The notes: generated by a model not told the origin, from the sequence alone. Positions 12,301-26,737 are shown, numbered from the whole stretch's first letter. The stretch is DNA of 58,517 bases, filler included, from Sphacelaria rigidula (GCA_964200075.2; 9 parts of 9 records of this genome joined end to end with filler, not necessarily neighbours in it), one strand, 5' to 3'. Program-made: numbers and translations.

Positions 12301-13071
12301 TCGATGATCAGCTGTAATGAAGTAGACTCACAGCGCTCCAATGAGGTGCAAACGAGCGGATTTAGGTAAACACCGCAGATGAGCACGAGAAACTGCGTGC
12401 GGGCGGAAGTCTTATTGGTGTTGCATTTTGACTTAAACGACTGAACCCATGCTCTGGCCTAGGAAACCAAAAAAATCCCGCCTGACCGTTGTTTAATGGA
12501 TGCTATGTCCCAGGTGGTCACATTCTCCTCTAACAACGTGATGTTCATCTGTACAGTACAACAGAGTTTTTTCGCGAGGCTCTCTAGAGTATGAGTCTCG
12601 GCCATACACATGAACACCAAAAAACAGACAATCAACCCCATCGGCGCACATCCTTGTGCCCCCCCTTTGTAATTACTACAGCAGCAAGTACCGTACTTCA
12701 TTTCCCCTGCCTCTACCCTAGCCCACCGGAAATCAAGAAGTCCTCTATGAGAAGTGTGTGCCATCCTGCCGCTCGATTGTAGTAACCTCTGCCTACCGTG
12801 CGCCCAGAACCCTCCCATACATGACAACAACCTAGACTCTCCCCAACCCCCCCCCCCCCCCCCCCCCCCCCCCACCCCCCCCCACCCCCCCAACCCCCCC
12901 CCCCCCACACCCCACGCAAACCCACCNNNNNNNNNNNNNNNNNNNNNNNNNNNNNNNNNNNNNNNNNNNNTTAATTAATTAANNNNNNNNNNNNNNNNNN
13001 NNNNNNNNNNNNNNNNNNNNNNNNNNTTCAGTAAGACGAATCTCGCGTTCCATGTGTTAAATGCTCTTTAA

Positions 13072-13169
13072 CCCTTAGACCGCGAGGTTAGTCTTCTGGT
13101 GAAGCGGCATCAATTTCAAGTGAAAACAAGTATCCATGATCCAGAAAGACTGATCTCGTGGTCTAAGGG
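13072..13169. mobile_element. 98-bp piggyBac-like MITE
   Basis: TTAA on both sides and ~28-bp TIRs starting CCCTTAGACC. Confidence 0.8.
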
Positions 13170-13669
13170 TTAACAGTCCTCTACACGGAGGGTCATTTTT
13201 TCACCGGAGTGTGGTACCGTTAACCGATGAAGCCGAAGAACAGGCAGGCAGCGAATCATCCTTCAAGTACGGTGTCGTACCGTGGTGCCGTAGGGTATAG
13301 TACAGTACAGTGAAGTACACTCCATGATCACAACAGTACACGATATTACGATAATCCGTGGGGTGATACATGGTGCCGTCAGTATTGCAAAGCAGTGAAC
13401 CGTGAAGTACGAGTGTAGGACCATGCAGCACCTTCTTTTCGGTGATACGTACGGCAGTGCAGTGCAGTAGATTACCATCGCCGCAGGGTACGGCGTCAAC
13501 ACTTCTTATCCGCTTGTCAAACCCCGTGCTAGCTACGTGTGTGACAAAGCTGCTCCAGCACCTGACGCGGGCGGGTACGGTCTGCACCGTCACGAGACTG
13601 TCCACTGCTGCGGTTTCAGAAAGATGGAATGCCTCTTCTTGCTCATCACCGTAGACCGAGGTCAGTTTA

Positions 13670-13973
13670 CCACTTGGGATGGTGAGAAATTTCTCAGAAA
13701 CTTATAACTTCGAACAAACTATAACACGAACACTAACCCTTACCCTAACCCGAACGAAGGCACAACGAGAACCCTCGGGCGAGGGGGTGGAGAGTGTTAC
13801 ACAGGCAAAGGGTGCGTTGCCAGACCTCAAATCAGGCGCCGATTCCGACCAAAACGCGTCCTGCGCAAGCTAGGAGCATGCTTCGAGCATAGTCCCATTA
13901 AAGATCCGGATTTTTGCTGTTCACACTAAAATCAATTCGAACTATCTGAGAAATTTTTCACCATCCCAAGTGG
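13670..13973. mobile_element. TA-flanked MITE with 29-bp TIRs
   Basis: ccacttgggatggtga(g/a)aaatttctcaga inverted at both ends with 1 mismatch, and TA on both flanks. Confidence 0.8.
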
Positions 13974-14573
13974 TAACCTCTACTGCGTAGACCACGGTAC
14001 GTACCTCACCTTCCTACAGATTGGGGGGACCTCAACTTTCCCCCATCTGGAGCGCAGAAAGGAAGATCGTGCGAAAATCGAGAAATGATAACTCGAGCTC
14101 CCCCAATCTGGGCCATACTGTAGTAAAAGTATCTCAACCTCGAGTTTGAGATACGTTTATTGGGGCCAATTATAGGCGTTTCGCGATTTGAGTTATCCCT
14201 GAAGATCGATATTTGTGACTGCCACAAAAAATCGTCTTTCTTCTGGGGCAAAAAAAAACAGGGCTGTAATTTGGCGGCTTTGGTCAGTAAAGTTTACGCT
14301 GGTCGTGCCACCGGCCAGTCAATCGATGCTTGAAACCATCGACAGCAAGTGGCGAAGCCGCTAGCCTTAACGGCCTCCCCTGGATGGTATGGGGGGCCTC
14401 GCCGCCGGAGGCAGGGAAAATGGGGGGTTCGGCTCGTTTTCCCACAATCTCACCCGCGATGGTATCTGTAACCCTGTCAAGAAAAATGATATATATATTA
14501 TATTTTTTTGTTTTTTTGCTAGCCTATGACCACGGAAGGCGTCCGCATCATCAGATGCCCAATACGAATAAAC

Positions 14574-14640
14574 CGCGCAGATATCGGAACGGTCCTTAAT
14601 GTGAAGACAACAACAACGACAACAACGACAACAACATCAA
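14574..14640 (+). repeat. (ACA)n-tailed retroelement 3' end, second copy at ~40132-40181
   Basis: gcgcagata.cggaacg..t.aatgtgaagacaacaacaac in both copies. Confidence 0.7.
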
Positions 14641-16269
14641 CCCTTTGGGAACCCTCCCCTCCCGTCCCCGGTCCAGACGCGTCATTATTCCAAGCGCTGA
14701 CAGAGGAGAAAATTTGGGAAAAGAAAATACCGACAACAACCATTTTTACGGCGGAAGGCCACAGAAGAATCCTCCGACATACGTCATGCTCGAACCAAAA
14801 ATATCGCCCCAGTGCGGTCGGATTAGTTTTATCGAATGAGGGGGGACGCAACGGGTCAGGTATGTCCGCAACTTTGTGCACACAGCATAAAACAGCACCA
14901 CGGTCTCTGGATTTTATGCAACAAAAATCAGCACCATCTGTATATTTTCCATATAGTTAGTCCCGTGCGGCACTGCGGCACACAATTATACACGTGACGC
15001 ACCCCACCGGAGTACAGTTGTGCTGCAGTCCGGAGGTCGCACCCGCCCAATACTTGGCAAGCGTGCTAAGCCACATCACAGAAACAAAGTAGTATGGCCG
15101 AGAACACAGAAATCCCCTCACCACACGTGAAATGATTGAGTTGCGATACAGTATTTACGGGATTCATCGCCAGTTGAAGCGGTCACGGGTCTGAAAAACA
15201 CGCCTTGGGCAAAGTAGTGGTCCTTGAAAGCTGCGGACAATCAGCCATATGTTGTTGAAAACAAATAGCACCTCGAAATCAGAACTTTTCCATTGCCAGT
15301 ACCAAAAGGGTTAATAGTTAGAGTATATTGCACGCTTTCTGTTGTACCGGTCACGAGTTCAGATTCATTGTTGTCCGGTCGCAAATCGCTCAAACGACGG
15401 ATAGCAACCCTCGCTGAGATCGTGCCGGGAGGGGATGCCTTTGTTTTATCCCCTGGAAAGAGATGAAGGGAGGACGGGGTCATAAGAGACTAGTATGCGG
15501 TACATCCGTTCTAGCGATGCCGCCCGCGTGTTCGAGGACATCGCTATTCTTGTGTGAATGCCTATGTAACTAGGGAAAATGGTAGATGTCACCCCCCATC
15601 GTGTCTGGAGAGGGGATGGAGCGATTCCATCCCTGAGTGGTAAATACTTGATCGTTATTTATCGTTCGCACATTCTCTCGACGTGTTCGTGTGTTTGGGT
15701 CCATCGCCGTTCGTGTGTGACTGACCCAAACGGTAAAGGCCACCCGGGTGACGATTGATTTGGGAAGGGAGAAATAATAGATACAGTATTTCATCTTGTT
15801 GGCATGTGACCGATTGCGCCGTATTTTCTATTTGAAATTTGTGGGTATCTCCGTTTTGAGCCTCGCGGTCGTTATCAACACTCTGATGCAGCTATTTGGG
15901 AGGTACATATGCCCTATAGACCAATCATGGAGTTTTTTTTTCCTTGACTCGCCACAATTTATCCCGGCCCAAGTTTTTGTGATTCATGAGCGAACTCTCA
16001 ATAACTCCTCCGAGTTTTTTTCTGTCCGTTGAGAGTCCTACGATCTTGTGGAGGATGATGTGTGCACGCGCGGGTGTATGCCAGATCCCAAATGGGCATG
16101 CATTGGCGATTAGCAAGAGTTGCTCTCTTTGTACAAGAAAAAACTTGCAGTCAACAGGCGCGCAACAACCCGCTCTCATGATGGTTGAGGACGACGGGTG
16201 TACCCTTTATTTTCGTGTCACCATCTTGCTGTTGTAATCGTGCATCCTCTGGTTGTGCTGCGGCTTCTG

Positions 16270-16630
16270 TTGTGTGTGTGTGTTGTCGTCCCATCTCTTC
16301 TGGGCGCCGGGCTACACCTTTCGGTATGTGTGGGCGCACTAGCCGGGGTCGCACAGGAGGAAGGTCAACACAGGAGCTTTTTTTTTTTTAATACGTACCC
16401 CCACCTTCCTTCTGCGGTGCTTGCCTTTTTATTTTATTTCATCGCGAGAGGAGTTCAGCAGTCCCTTTTCCTCGTCGACCGTGAAGCGAATTTTGTGTAC
16501 CCACGACATAGTCGCTCTCCACTGTTGGGCATGGTGCGTGAAAAAATCCCAGATCGCTCCGAAAATTGAACCCACGACCCACACGTCAGAAGGTGTCGTG
16601 GTTACCAACTGAGCCACCGGGGTGACCGGC
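16270..16630 (-). mobile_element. tRNA-derived SINE, full length
   Basis: Reverse complement of the 10125 and 43696 copies, with a (CA)-rich tail. Confidence 0.85.
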
Positions 16631-16914
16631 ATGCAGGCTTGTAAAAGTTAATGGTGAAGACGACGACATGCAGTGCTCATATCAAGCGCTGGTCACCGTC
16701 TTCGCCACAGGTGATAACCGGTGTTCGTCTCACCGCGGGCCAGGTACAAAGAACTATGACACCCGACATATCTGTTGCACCACTTTTTCGGGACTCGAAC
16801 CCCCCTCCGTATGTTGTCCTTTGTTCTTCACCAAAAAGTAACGGTTCCTAGCCGCTCTCAAACTCCCGTCTGACTTGGGTCCAACTAGGTACTCCAGGGT
16901 CATCTTGAGGTTAA

Positions 16915-17012
16915 CCCTTTGACGGCGAGAGTAGGTCATGTGTTAAATCGGCATCAGTTTACCTCAAAAAAAGTATGCGTGATCGAGATGGACCACCCTT
17001 GCGTTCGAAGGA
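16915..17012. mobile_element. 98-bp piggyBac-like MITE, diverged copy
   Basis: TTAA-CCCTTT...AAGGA-TTAA. The internal cggcatca..tt...aagtat motif is shared with 13072. Confidence 0.7.
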
Positions 17013-19009
17013 TTAAACTTCCACCTTATTATGTCAAACCAGGCAACTTGCAATCTGAGAGCCACGCCTGCTCACGACAACGTGGCAAGCTTTGAATCCT
17101 ATGGAAACAAAAAATACTGATACAGGGTGCAGCTAGCAATTGCCGTGGGTTAGGGGCACTGTTGTTGGGTGCGGCGGGATGGAAAAAAAAATCACACACA
17201 CACATGCGCTATGATGTGTCGTGTCTCTCGTGCGCGAGTGCATTGAAAAATTGCGTTGGTTGCACGGTTCGGACGGATCATCCCCGGTTCAAATCAACTA
17301 ATCCACGATTTTTCCGCCCTGATTGCTCAACAAAGAAAATAAAAAGTTTACCGGTGGTCACAAAGGTCTCCACTCAATTTTTGCGCCATTCCTCGTGCCT
17401 GGGCTGCGCGTACCTGGGTTGCAACGCTGAAAACAAGGCCTGAGGATTGATTCGTATGGTACGAATCAATCACACTATAATCAAGTAATTTACAGACGAA
17501 TCATTAATTCGTCCGACCCGTGGTTGGTTGGACCGGCGGATCTGCACAAGTGTGCTGTGGAACTGGTTCTGTCTTACAGGCAGGTTCTGTTTTTCTGCCT
17601 GTGCAGGTAAAAATGCGCTCGCCGGAGCACGGAAGGCGTATTGTACCAGTTGCCCTTGAACTTGTCTGACATGAGTGTCAACAGCGGCTAAACAGTATCA
17701 GAGATATCTGACGAAAAACGTTCTTGTCGAAGAGTCTAGAGGGCCCTTTTTTTATCGATGGGGATTTTCCTCTTTTTCGTGATCCCCGTTTGACAGGGGA
17801 TTGGCCCCATAGCGACCAGTCCTGAGTCCTATCGAGAAGCATTTTTTTACAGATCGGACCCCAGATCTGCACGCAGGTTGAGGAATGCGGCGGGTCTGGA
17901 TGTGGTTGTTAGTTCAAGGTCTGTGTAATGCTACAGGCAAGGCGAAACAAGGCAACACAACACCTAACACACAAACGCAGCCCCGAAAAAACACGCACAG
18001 ACACCCACCACTCACGCGCGTTAGTTTCATCGCTAGCCCTTGCAAATCTGCACACGGCAGTCTTTGTTTGACGGACGTCCGTTCTGTATTGGACGAATGG
18101 CGGCGTGCGTGTCAAAAACAACCGAAAACGTGTCGTTGCTGACCGTTTTGTGAGCGTTGCTGTGCGCGCGTCTCACACCGATCATCATTAAATTGTATCA
18201 ACGAACTCTGAACAGATTTGAGCAAGGTGACGCCCAACGTACATAACTGATGAGCAGCTACGGCTCGCGCGATGTTTTTTTTGGTTTGCCATCAAGTTCC
18301 TCAGGCTCAGCTGTGACTATGTTGCGTTGTGAGGCAAGCCTTGGCATATGCCCCTGTCAACCGGACATGTATGTTCCCCTTGGAGGTGTCCGGAAATTCC
18401 CTTTTCAAAAGGGGATTTCTGTCAACGTTGAGGGGATTTTTCCCTGGGGGGGGATGGTATCGCAGCGACCAACCAGCGGTCGTTCTTCAAAAAGGGGATT
18501 TTGAAAAGGCGAAAATCCCCTTCGTTAATCCTTAGACAACGAGCGTTGCCTTGGAACAATTTCACAGGCTGACAGTCCGGAGACATTCGGGGGTTTTCAG
18601 TGGTCTGGGTGTGTGGTTTTTGAGGGGGGGGGGGGGGGGGGTCGTGGGGCGAGGGGGCCGATAAGCTCCCCAAGTGAAACCAATGTGNNNNNNNNNNGCG
18701 TATCGGCTGCAGTTGGGGTGGGGTTAAGTGTGTGTGGGAGGAAATGAGAGTAAGGGAGAAAGGGGGTGTCCGTCCGCAAAGGAGCCGAAAAGCTCCCCAA
18801 GTCAACCCAATGTGTGTTGAGAAGTTTCCCGCAGAAAACTATGAGCCGTGCAAGAAGCCCGAGAGGCGCGGGATGCCCACTCTGACCAATCACGGTTGTC
18901 GAAATTAGCACGTTCTCCCGGTTCGGGTGGACTACATTGGACTAATTCGCTGTCTACTGTCTACCCCCACGACTCATTTTGTTCATGGGAAATCAACCAT
19001 AGATTACGT

Positions 19010-19142
19010 GGGTACGAATAACTTGTCTTGTATTCTGCTCGTAGTCTACGCCGCCTGCTTGACCCCTCATGTGCTGCCAGCATACTTCACACTGACTGTA
19101 GTGTTGTTGTCGAGCACTAGGCAGACGCATCAGTAGCATGCA
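19010..19142 (+). repeat. Dispersed repeat, reverse copy at ~41405-41540
   Basis: gacccctcatgtgctgccagcata vs tatgctggcaacacatgaggggtc. Confidence 0.75.
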
Positions 19143-19999
19143 GTCAATTGTGTTCAGTGGAGAGCGATGACACACTTGTACTGTACTCTCTCTTGCTGTT
19201 GTAACCAGTGAAGACATACAGCACACATACATACCGACTCAGCACGCAAATGACTGGAGTGTCAAAACTGGTCAGGCGGGGTCTCATCAGAAGTGATGAT
19301 CACTTTTCAAGAAATCGTTTTGTGAAAAACGACCGATGATTGGTCACTGCGATACCCCCCCCCCCCCCCCCCCCCCCCACACCACAAAAAAACAACACAA
19401 AAATTGCACCCGAAACAACGAAACAAAACAACCACAAAANNNNNNNNNNNNNNNNNNNNNNNNNNNNNNNNNNNNNNNNNNNNTTAATTAATTAANNNNN
19501 NNNNNNNNNNNNNNNNNNNNNNNNNNNNNNNNNNNNNNNCGCGTCAACTCACGTCACACAAACCCAGTCGACTATTGTGTTTACTCACGTTCTCACGCTT
19601 TCCACGGTGGAAATTATGTGATATGATATGACTGCAGGACGTAGCCATGATCTTGGGCAAAGGTGACATTGAATGATGGACATTTTCATATTCAAATAGC
19701 GGAGTATCGGTTGCCCCTTGAGTTGACGTCTACGGAGAGCATGTATTTGAATTCGAAAAAAAGGTAGTGACCCAACCATGGCATGAATTCAGGAGCCCGG
19801 CTCTTGGATTTGATGGTATGACCTCAGTTTATGATGATTAGGGGGCGGCGGAACACGTTTGAAGCTGTAAACAGCCCCTACGACCGTCACTCTCTTTTCA
19901 TTCCCGGTTTTGGCTGCGATTCAACAGTTCTCCATTGGAGTATCTACAAACCACGGGAAAGTGAGTCCCAGAGATAAGAGCAGTAGTCGGCCTGCTGTT

Positions 20000-22900
20000 T
20001 CGTCTGGTGTGTTTTATTGATTAAGGCTTAGTCCTGCTTCGGTTTGTGTTGTATTTGCGTTATGTAACTGAAGCTGTAGATGAAGCTCGAATACAATCAA
20101 TTGTGTGAAACGAAAACGGTGCTACTCTCGTCTGTAATTGCTTGTTGTCTCTTTGTGTGAAATACTTAAGAGCGACTGTGGTCAGCCCGCGCTGCTGAGC
20201 CGAGTAAACAAACAACGTACACTGAGGTCTGAACCTGGAACAATCGTGGTGAACACCATTACACCCTTCTCAAGGTGCCTCACCTTTATCACATAACAGT
20301 TGGAGCTCCCGCACTGCCTCTGGTGTACTTTTTTTTAGTTACGTTGTGTTCGGACTGCCGAGATGCCGTGTATACTACACCACCACTGTGCGCCTTGCAT
20401 GCACATCTCTTTTGTTTGTTCATCGTCTAGCCGTCTGTAGCTGTTGCTCTGTCATCTATCCCTGGCGATATGAGTTCAAGGGCCTCTGATACACTAGACG
20501 CTCGCACCCTGCGCCGACTCCGACGCGAACGTTCGCGAGCAATAGCACTTGCCCCCCCACCATCCTCACCTACTCGTCCCAGCTGCCTCTCTGTGGCAAC
20601 CGCCCCAGTAATGATACCCATCTACTCTGTAGCGGATGCGAGTCGCCATGTAGAGTCCAATTTATACCGTGACTCTCCTGCCCCATTACATTTTTTCCCA
20701 CATGAGCCGCCCGTACATTATCAGCTACCAACTCTTTTCTACCACCACCAGCACTGTATCAGCGTGCATCCTTTCGCTACACCCACCCCGCCGCATGTAC
20801 CGTCGGCCTTTTATTCTTCAGTAGCTAATGTTGACCGTCTCTTGCTGCCTCAAAATATGCTCACCGTGCAGCACATTGTTTTTGTGCCCAACCTGGGTGT
20901 TGAATGTACATCATCCGACCCCACCCTGCACTATGTGTGTGAACCAACCGTCCGTGATAACACTACAGTACCACCCTCTTCCCAGGGTCCTATGTTCATC
21001 CAGTACATTTCGTGGACTCCGGTATGGACAACTCGTCCACACCCTCTCTCTCCTACCTTCTTAGATCACCCCTCCCTGTCTTTCACGGGGACCTAGCCGA
21101 CCCCCACCACGCCCACAGGCTCCTACAGTATATTATTTTCCTCTTCCATTTCCAATGCAACACCCCGGTCACTCATTACCCTCCTTCTTCCTACACTGAC
21201 TGTGACGCACACCCGCGTAGGTACACAAGCAATGTCTAATTCCCCGGCTTCGCTAGAGCTACGTGGCGATGAAGAAGACCCATCCTCTTCCGAATCCGGT
21301 GAACCACTGCTTACGTCGGACACAGTCTTGCATGATCCAGTCATTGAAAGTGTAGAGGATGATGATGATGCCCAATCTCAGGCGGGAGGAATGCCCCTCT
21401 CGATGGTGCCTGACGTACAGCCGGGACTTGATTTCCCACTGTATGCCGCCACCGCTCAAACTCTTACCAGTGACACTAAACACGTTGACTCTACTGCTAG
21501 TGGTGACCATTCGGTTTGTGATTATTCTCCTGCTGAGCCGTACGCTTCTGACGTCGTATCGTCGACGAGTGGTCGTGAGTCGGGAAAAAAACCGTCTACG
21601 CGCCTACCCAAGAAAGCACGCGACAAAGCTAAGACCCAGTTCAAACATAGCCGTCCCGCTGCTATTCCAGCCCATGCGTGGGACAATTTTTCTCGCGAGG
21701 AACAAGCCGCGTACTGGGACGACTTGTTGGCCTAGACCGCACAAGCGCAAGTAGAACGTAAAAACCGTGAAGAATTCGAGCACGCTCAAGAAATCCAGCG
21801 CGTCCGTTGTGAGGTCGAAGCCAAACGCAAAGCCTTGGTGGAGGGGCAGAACAAAGAAGCCCACCTCCTCCGGCAAAGCGCCAAGACTTTGCAGGCGGCT
21901 AAAGCCCAATATGAACAAGCTTTACAACAACAGAATACGACGGCGGAACAATCCACCTATCGCATTTCCGTCACTCAATCTTCACTGGATGAGCAGATAA
22001 AACAGTTACGTCTGCTCACCCGCGATCCCATCGACGTTGAATCCGATTCTGATCACTCATCCACTGGTTCACCTGTACTTTCCAATGCCACTCCGAATGT
22101 CGCCCCTCTAGCCATGGGACTACCTCCCATGCCACCTGAGACGATCACACCCGGCGTTTCAACCACGTTTGGTGTGCCCCCCGCGGCAAAATGCCCCCTA
22201 CAATTGCCTCCACAGCGGACAAATCACTCTCCACTAAACCCACTCACCCAACGCTGGTTTCTAAGGCTACTCGTTCCGACGGTCTTGATCTTTCTGGTGT
22301 AGAAACTTTGGCAGCTGTTCCCCTCTACGGTTTTGTCCACGACCCTGACGCCCTCCTTACCTACGCGTGTCAGGCATAGCGCCTTACTGTTCCCGTCACT
22401 GACAGTTCGATCAAGATCCTCAATTGGTTTCCGAAACACACCGAGACCGTAACGTTAGCAGGCGTCGTTCAATGCATACTTTTCAACCCTCGTTCCAAAA
22501 TTTGCCTCGCGCTACGGCATGAGTGCGTCGGGCGCCTCATCGGGCTATTCACGGAAATTGAGCAGGTACGCATGACAGTACACGGCCCTGCCGATGGTAC
22601 GGACTGTTCATACCCTACTACCACTAGTCACCTTCAGACAGGTCACGTAGGACACAATTCAACGGACCGTGGTGGCAGTTGGACTGTGCAAGGGAAAGGG
22701 GAAAACAGTCTCAAGGATAGTGGTAAATCTCACATTTCGCAGCAGTCACGATCTCGCCGTCATCGTCACCCTTCATTCGATAATGAGTCGGACAGCGCTG
22801 GAGGGTCTCATCATGACACGAGTGCGGCCGCTTCACGTCCAACGCCCCCGACTCTGAGCGATTTCCTTCCGCTATCATCCACTGTCGCAAACAGCGTCAC

Positions 22901-25850
22901 TCTCAGATCAAAGTCAAGCAAGCGAAGGAAGACACCAAACCTGCTACCCGCCGCGTACACTTTGCCCCATCGGCTCCCACCCCTCAATCCAGTGATCCTT
23001 CCCCCTCTTCCACGGACCGACAGGCACACATTCACGCTGTACGCCACCAGTACAAGAACGTGGACCCGACATTTGTAGGCAAAGTCAAGCCTTCACTACC
23101 CTTTCCTGCGGGATCTGATGTCAGCCTTTCTTACAGCCAGTTACGACAATCCCTCACTACTGTAGTTACTGATATCCTCTCACACTGCGACGATACATTT
23201 GTCGACCTTGAGACCAGAGATTGGGTAGATGGCTGGCTTCGACCTTTACAAAAAGCTTTGGAGGATGCCATCGATTTCAGCTCTCCCGAGGCATCTAAAT
23301 TCTCCAACATGCTCGATCACCACTTCGCACAAGCCGCACGCTCCCTCACCCTCGGTAATGGCGGGTACGCCGCTTTCACCCTCCTTCTCAGACTCATCAG
23401 TTCATCCCTGGACACCACCCACGAAAGCGAGTCACTCGAACGCCTACTATCGTTTAAGGTACCCGTCGACACCCCTTTTGACCACTACCTCAAGGAATTT
23501 CGCACTTTAATTTCGGTTAGGGTAAACGGTGGCAGCGAACCTGTCCCACCACAAGACATGGTGATGAGTCATTCCGTTCCAACATGTGACGCCAGTACTC
23601 TAGCTTCATGCCAACCGCCTTTGTCGGTACCGCAGCTACTTCACCGGTCCCGTTTCCAACCTTGGAAGCTATGTGGACGAAATTAGATGAACTCTGGTCC
23701 AACCGCATTCCGGCATTAGATGTGACGGATGCAAAAAAGAGTGGCTCCTCCGTAATTCACAACGGCCTCTCTGTACGGCACAGCCACAACGCTTCCGCCA
23801 CCCTTTTGCCTCACCCGGTTGCCGCCCCCCCTGCGTCTCACTCCCAACCACCACCTTCTAAGACAAACCAACGCCCATGGATTCCTGCGTCTATGGCCTT
23901 TACTGGGGAGGTCATGTTCGCACACACCCCAGACGCATTCAACAGTCGTTTTCCAAGCTGGCCCTTCGCGACGGAAATTTGGCCGGAAGTGTTTCAGGTA
24001 AGCACTTTGATAAACACAACAGACCCCCCCCTCTGGGCCAGTAACAGAGACCCTCACCTTCGATCAGATGTAATTCGCCGCTGCAAAGATCACTGCCTGA
24101 ACTGTGGCACTTGGTTCAATCCTCAAACGGGGTACTCCGCAAATGGTCAAGTTCCAACGCACTCGATGCGCTAATGCGAAGCCCCGTTCACGAACGCATT
24201 TGGCGTACTCAACCCCGTGTTCTCCGAGTCCCAGTTTGCGTACTTTTGGCCAACTTGGCCAGCACGTATGCGGTCTTACCGTCGCCCTCAACCCAGCGGC
24301 GCCCGCAATTCATAACAACGCCCTCGGCGCAGCAATCGCCACTGTAATGGTGACACTCGCACCCCCCTCAATACCAACATTCCCATTATCACGATCAGCC
24401 CGCTAACGCGGCCCCCTCTCACGTACCCCCCGCCCATTCTGGCGCTTTTCAACCGCCAAACCAGACTCAACACCCAAGTACTCCTAGCCCCCCTACAAAC
24501 ACATCTACTGCCCCGAACACAGCCCGCCACAATGGGACCCACAACTCTACCGATGTCAAACGTACCACCTGACGGTGTTTGGGAAACGCACAACATCCCG
24601 CGTTTCCAAACCACCGACGGGGTACCTCTACGTGTGTGACCGCTTGAAACACTTCGCCGTCACCCTCTTGACATTTTGATGAGCCTTCCACTTCAAACCC
24701 CATTGTCGACCACAGGTCCACAGTTGGGCCCCAACAACCTTCAACAACAAACCGCGGCAATACATTTTCTCTCCCTCAGCCAGTGCACCATCACCACTTA
24801 ACAAATCCTCGTCGGCCAGCGTGGGTTCTCGCTTGTGGTGTGGGTACGCTAGCGTTGACCGTTCTGTCATGACGGGTTCCATGACAGCACAGTCCCGTGC
24901 AACATTGCATGACTCCCAAATACGCAATGACCAACCCCAGTGTTTTCATACCGGATCTGATCACCCAGTCGTATTTCCGAGTGGTAGTAATCAATGCCAG
25001 TTGGATCCGATCGCCCCGCGGGATCGGCAGTCGTGTAGCGCAGCGCCTACCGTCTTAGATGCAGGTACATCTTCTGATACGGTAGCTGTTACCCCTACGA
25101 CCATTCATCGTAGGATGCAACGTTTACAGAGACTCCCCAGCCCCGAGAAGGACTCAGGAGTCCAGTTGACCCCGGTAACACATGCGTGCGAAATTCCGCG
25201 CGTGCCTGGTCCCCTTTTATTTGGTAAGCGTAATTCTTCGTGCACTACGCGCGCCAGTGCCGAACCCTTGCTTTCCGTAGCTCAGCGGGTTGGGAAGGAA
25301 CCCCAAGCGACAGTGCCGACCAAGCGCCAAGCGTGTAGCCACGAACGGACTGAACTTGTCAACTTCCCCAAAGCCCCTGGAACAGCCGGCTCTAGAGTGC
25401 GCTGTACGCGACACCAGGAGAGGGCTCTTCCGGATGAAACTGTAAATAAACCTGTAGTTGCCGCTGCATCCGCCCACCAAGAAGGTGCCCGGGTGCCGGG
25501 CACAGCGGATGAACGCTTTGTCGTAGACCAGGTCGGTGTTTCCCAGATCCCAAACAGATCAGCACCGCTTCCTGCCGACCCCTCGGAATCTATGGTGACG
25601 AATAAAGTAGCGTTGACATCTGTTGGGACAGTAAACCCGCTACGCCCTGCAGGTATGTCTCATGGTGCCGGACAAACCCCGGCTGTGCCGTCAAAATTGC
25701 AGTCCAATCAGGACTGTTTCTCCCCTGTTTCTCATAGCTCCAAACAATTATTGCAAACATCCATATCCACTTTCTTTCCTAGGCGTCGTCCATCCCTGAC
25801 TGTGTACGAAATCCAACTTTCGTCTACTGCACCACACGCCCTACAAAAGA
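20000..25850 (+). mobile_element. Degenerate LTR-retrotransposon-like element: LTR-like end, PBS-like motif, long frameshifted gag-like ORF
   Basis: ...ataaca then gttggagctcccgc at ~20298. Overlapping intronless ORFs from 21230-24600 are linked by frameshifts and stops, and include a coiled coil and CLNC-X18-H-X4-C. No pol domain is visible and the boundaries are approximate. Confidence 0.55.
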
Positions 25851-26091
25851 AACTTTCTACGATAGCCCCCCCCCCATAAAAGTGCATGGTTTTCGGAGGC
25901 AAAATCTTCACGTAAATCGAAATGGGAAAGCCGAGCACAACGAGAAGCTGGGNNNNNNNNNNNNNNNNNNNNNNNNNNNNNNNNNNNNNNNNNNNNTTAA
26001 TTAATTAANNNNNNNNNNNNNNNNNNNNNNNNNNNNNNNNNNNNNNNNNNNNGAAATACAGAGAAAGAAGAAAGAGTGTTGGGTTTGCGGG

Positions 26092-26125
<34 letters not shown>

Positions 26126-26737
26126 GGGGACGAGAGAGAGGCGGAGAAGGAGAGCCCGAGCGGAAGGAAAAACAGAAGCGATGGAACCCAAGGACAAAGT
26201 ACAACGCGTATGGGAGCACAACCAGGAAAGCCGAAAGGCTACACGCCAAGTAAAAGTCAATAACCGATAAGAGAAGGCGGGTAAATCAGTTTCCGTGTCA
26301 ACCCCGCTTGCCTCACTCATCCCTAGTCGGGTATAAAGCGGGTCACTTTCTAGACCATATGCATTTCCTGGATTCTTTGCGAGCTGTTGCTGTTGTGTCA
26401 GCGGTAGCGTCTCTTCGATCGGCGGCTCCGCTAGCTCACGTCCGCCGAATTTGGCACTTACTCACATGTGTTTCATTTCTATCGACGTGTTTCCGGGACA
26501 GAGACCCAACTCCGCGTAAAACCCTGCAACTGCGGGGTTGAGTTTGGGTCCCAGTACATGGCAAAATTCAACAGCTACAGAATTTAGCCTGGAAGTTGAC
26601 CCCGTCGACATGACCCACTGGCTAGTTTTCGTGTTGCATCACCGCTGGCACAATGGACACAATGGACAGACTAGTGTGACTTTTCCCTACGCGTGTGGTT
26701 GTGAGTGACGTTTAGTTGCCAGTTGAGGTTAGCTTAC

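Noticed and set aside
13203..15760. Possible minus-strand exons (13203-13262, 13476-13650, 15348-15452)
   Set aside because: Splice-like borders but no recognisable homology or consistent phase chain, so not called.
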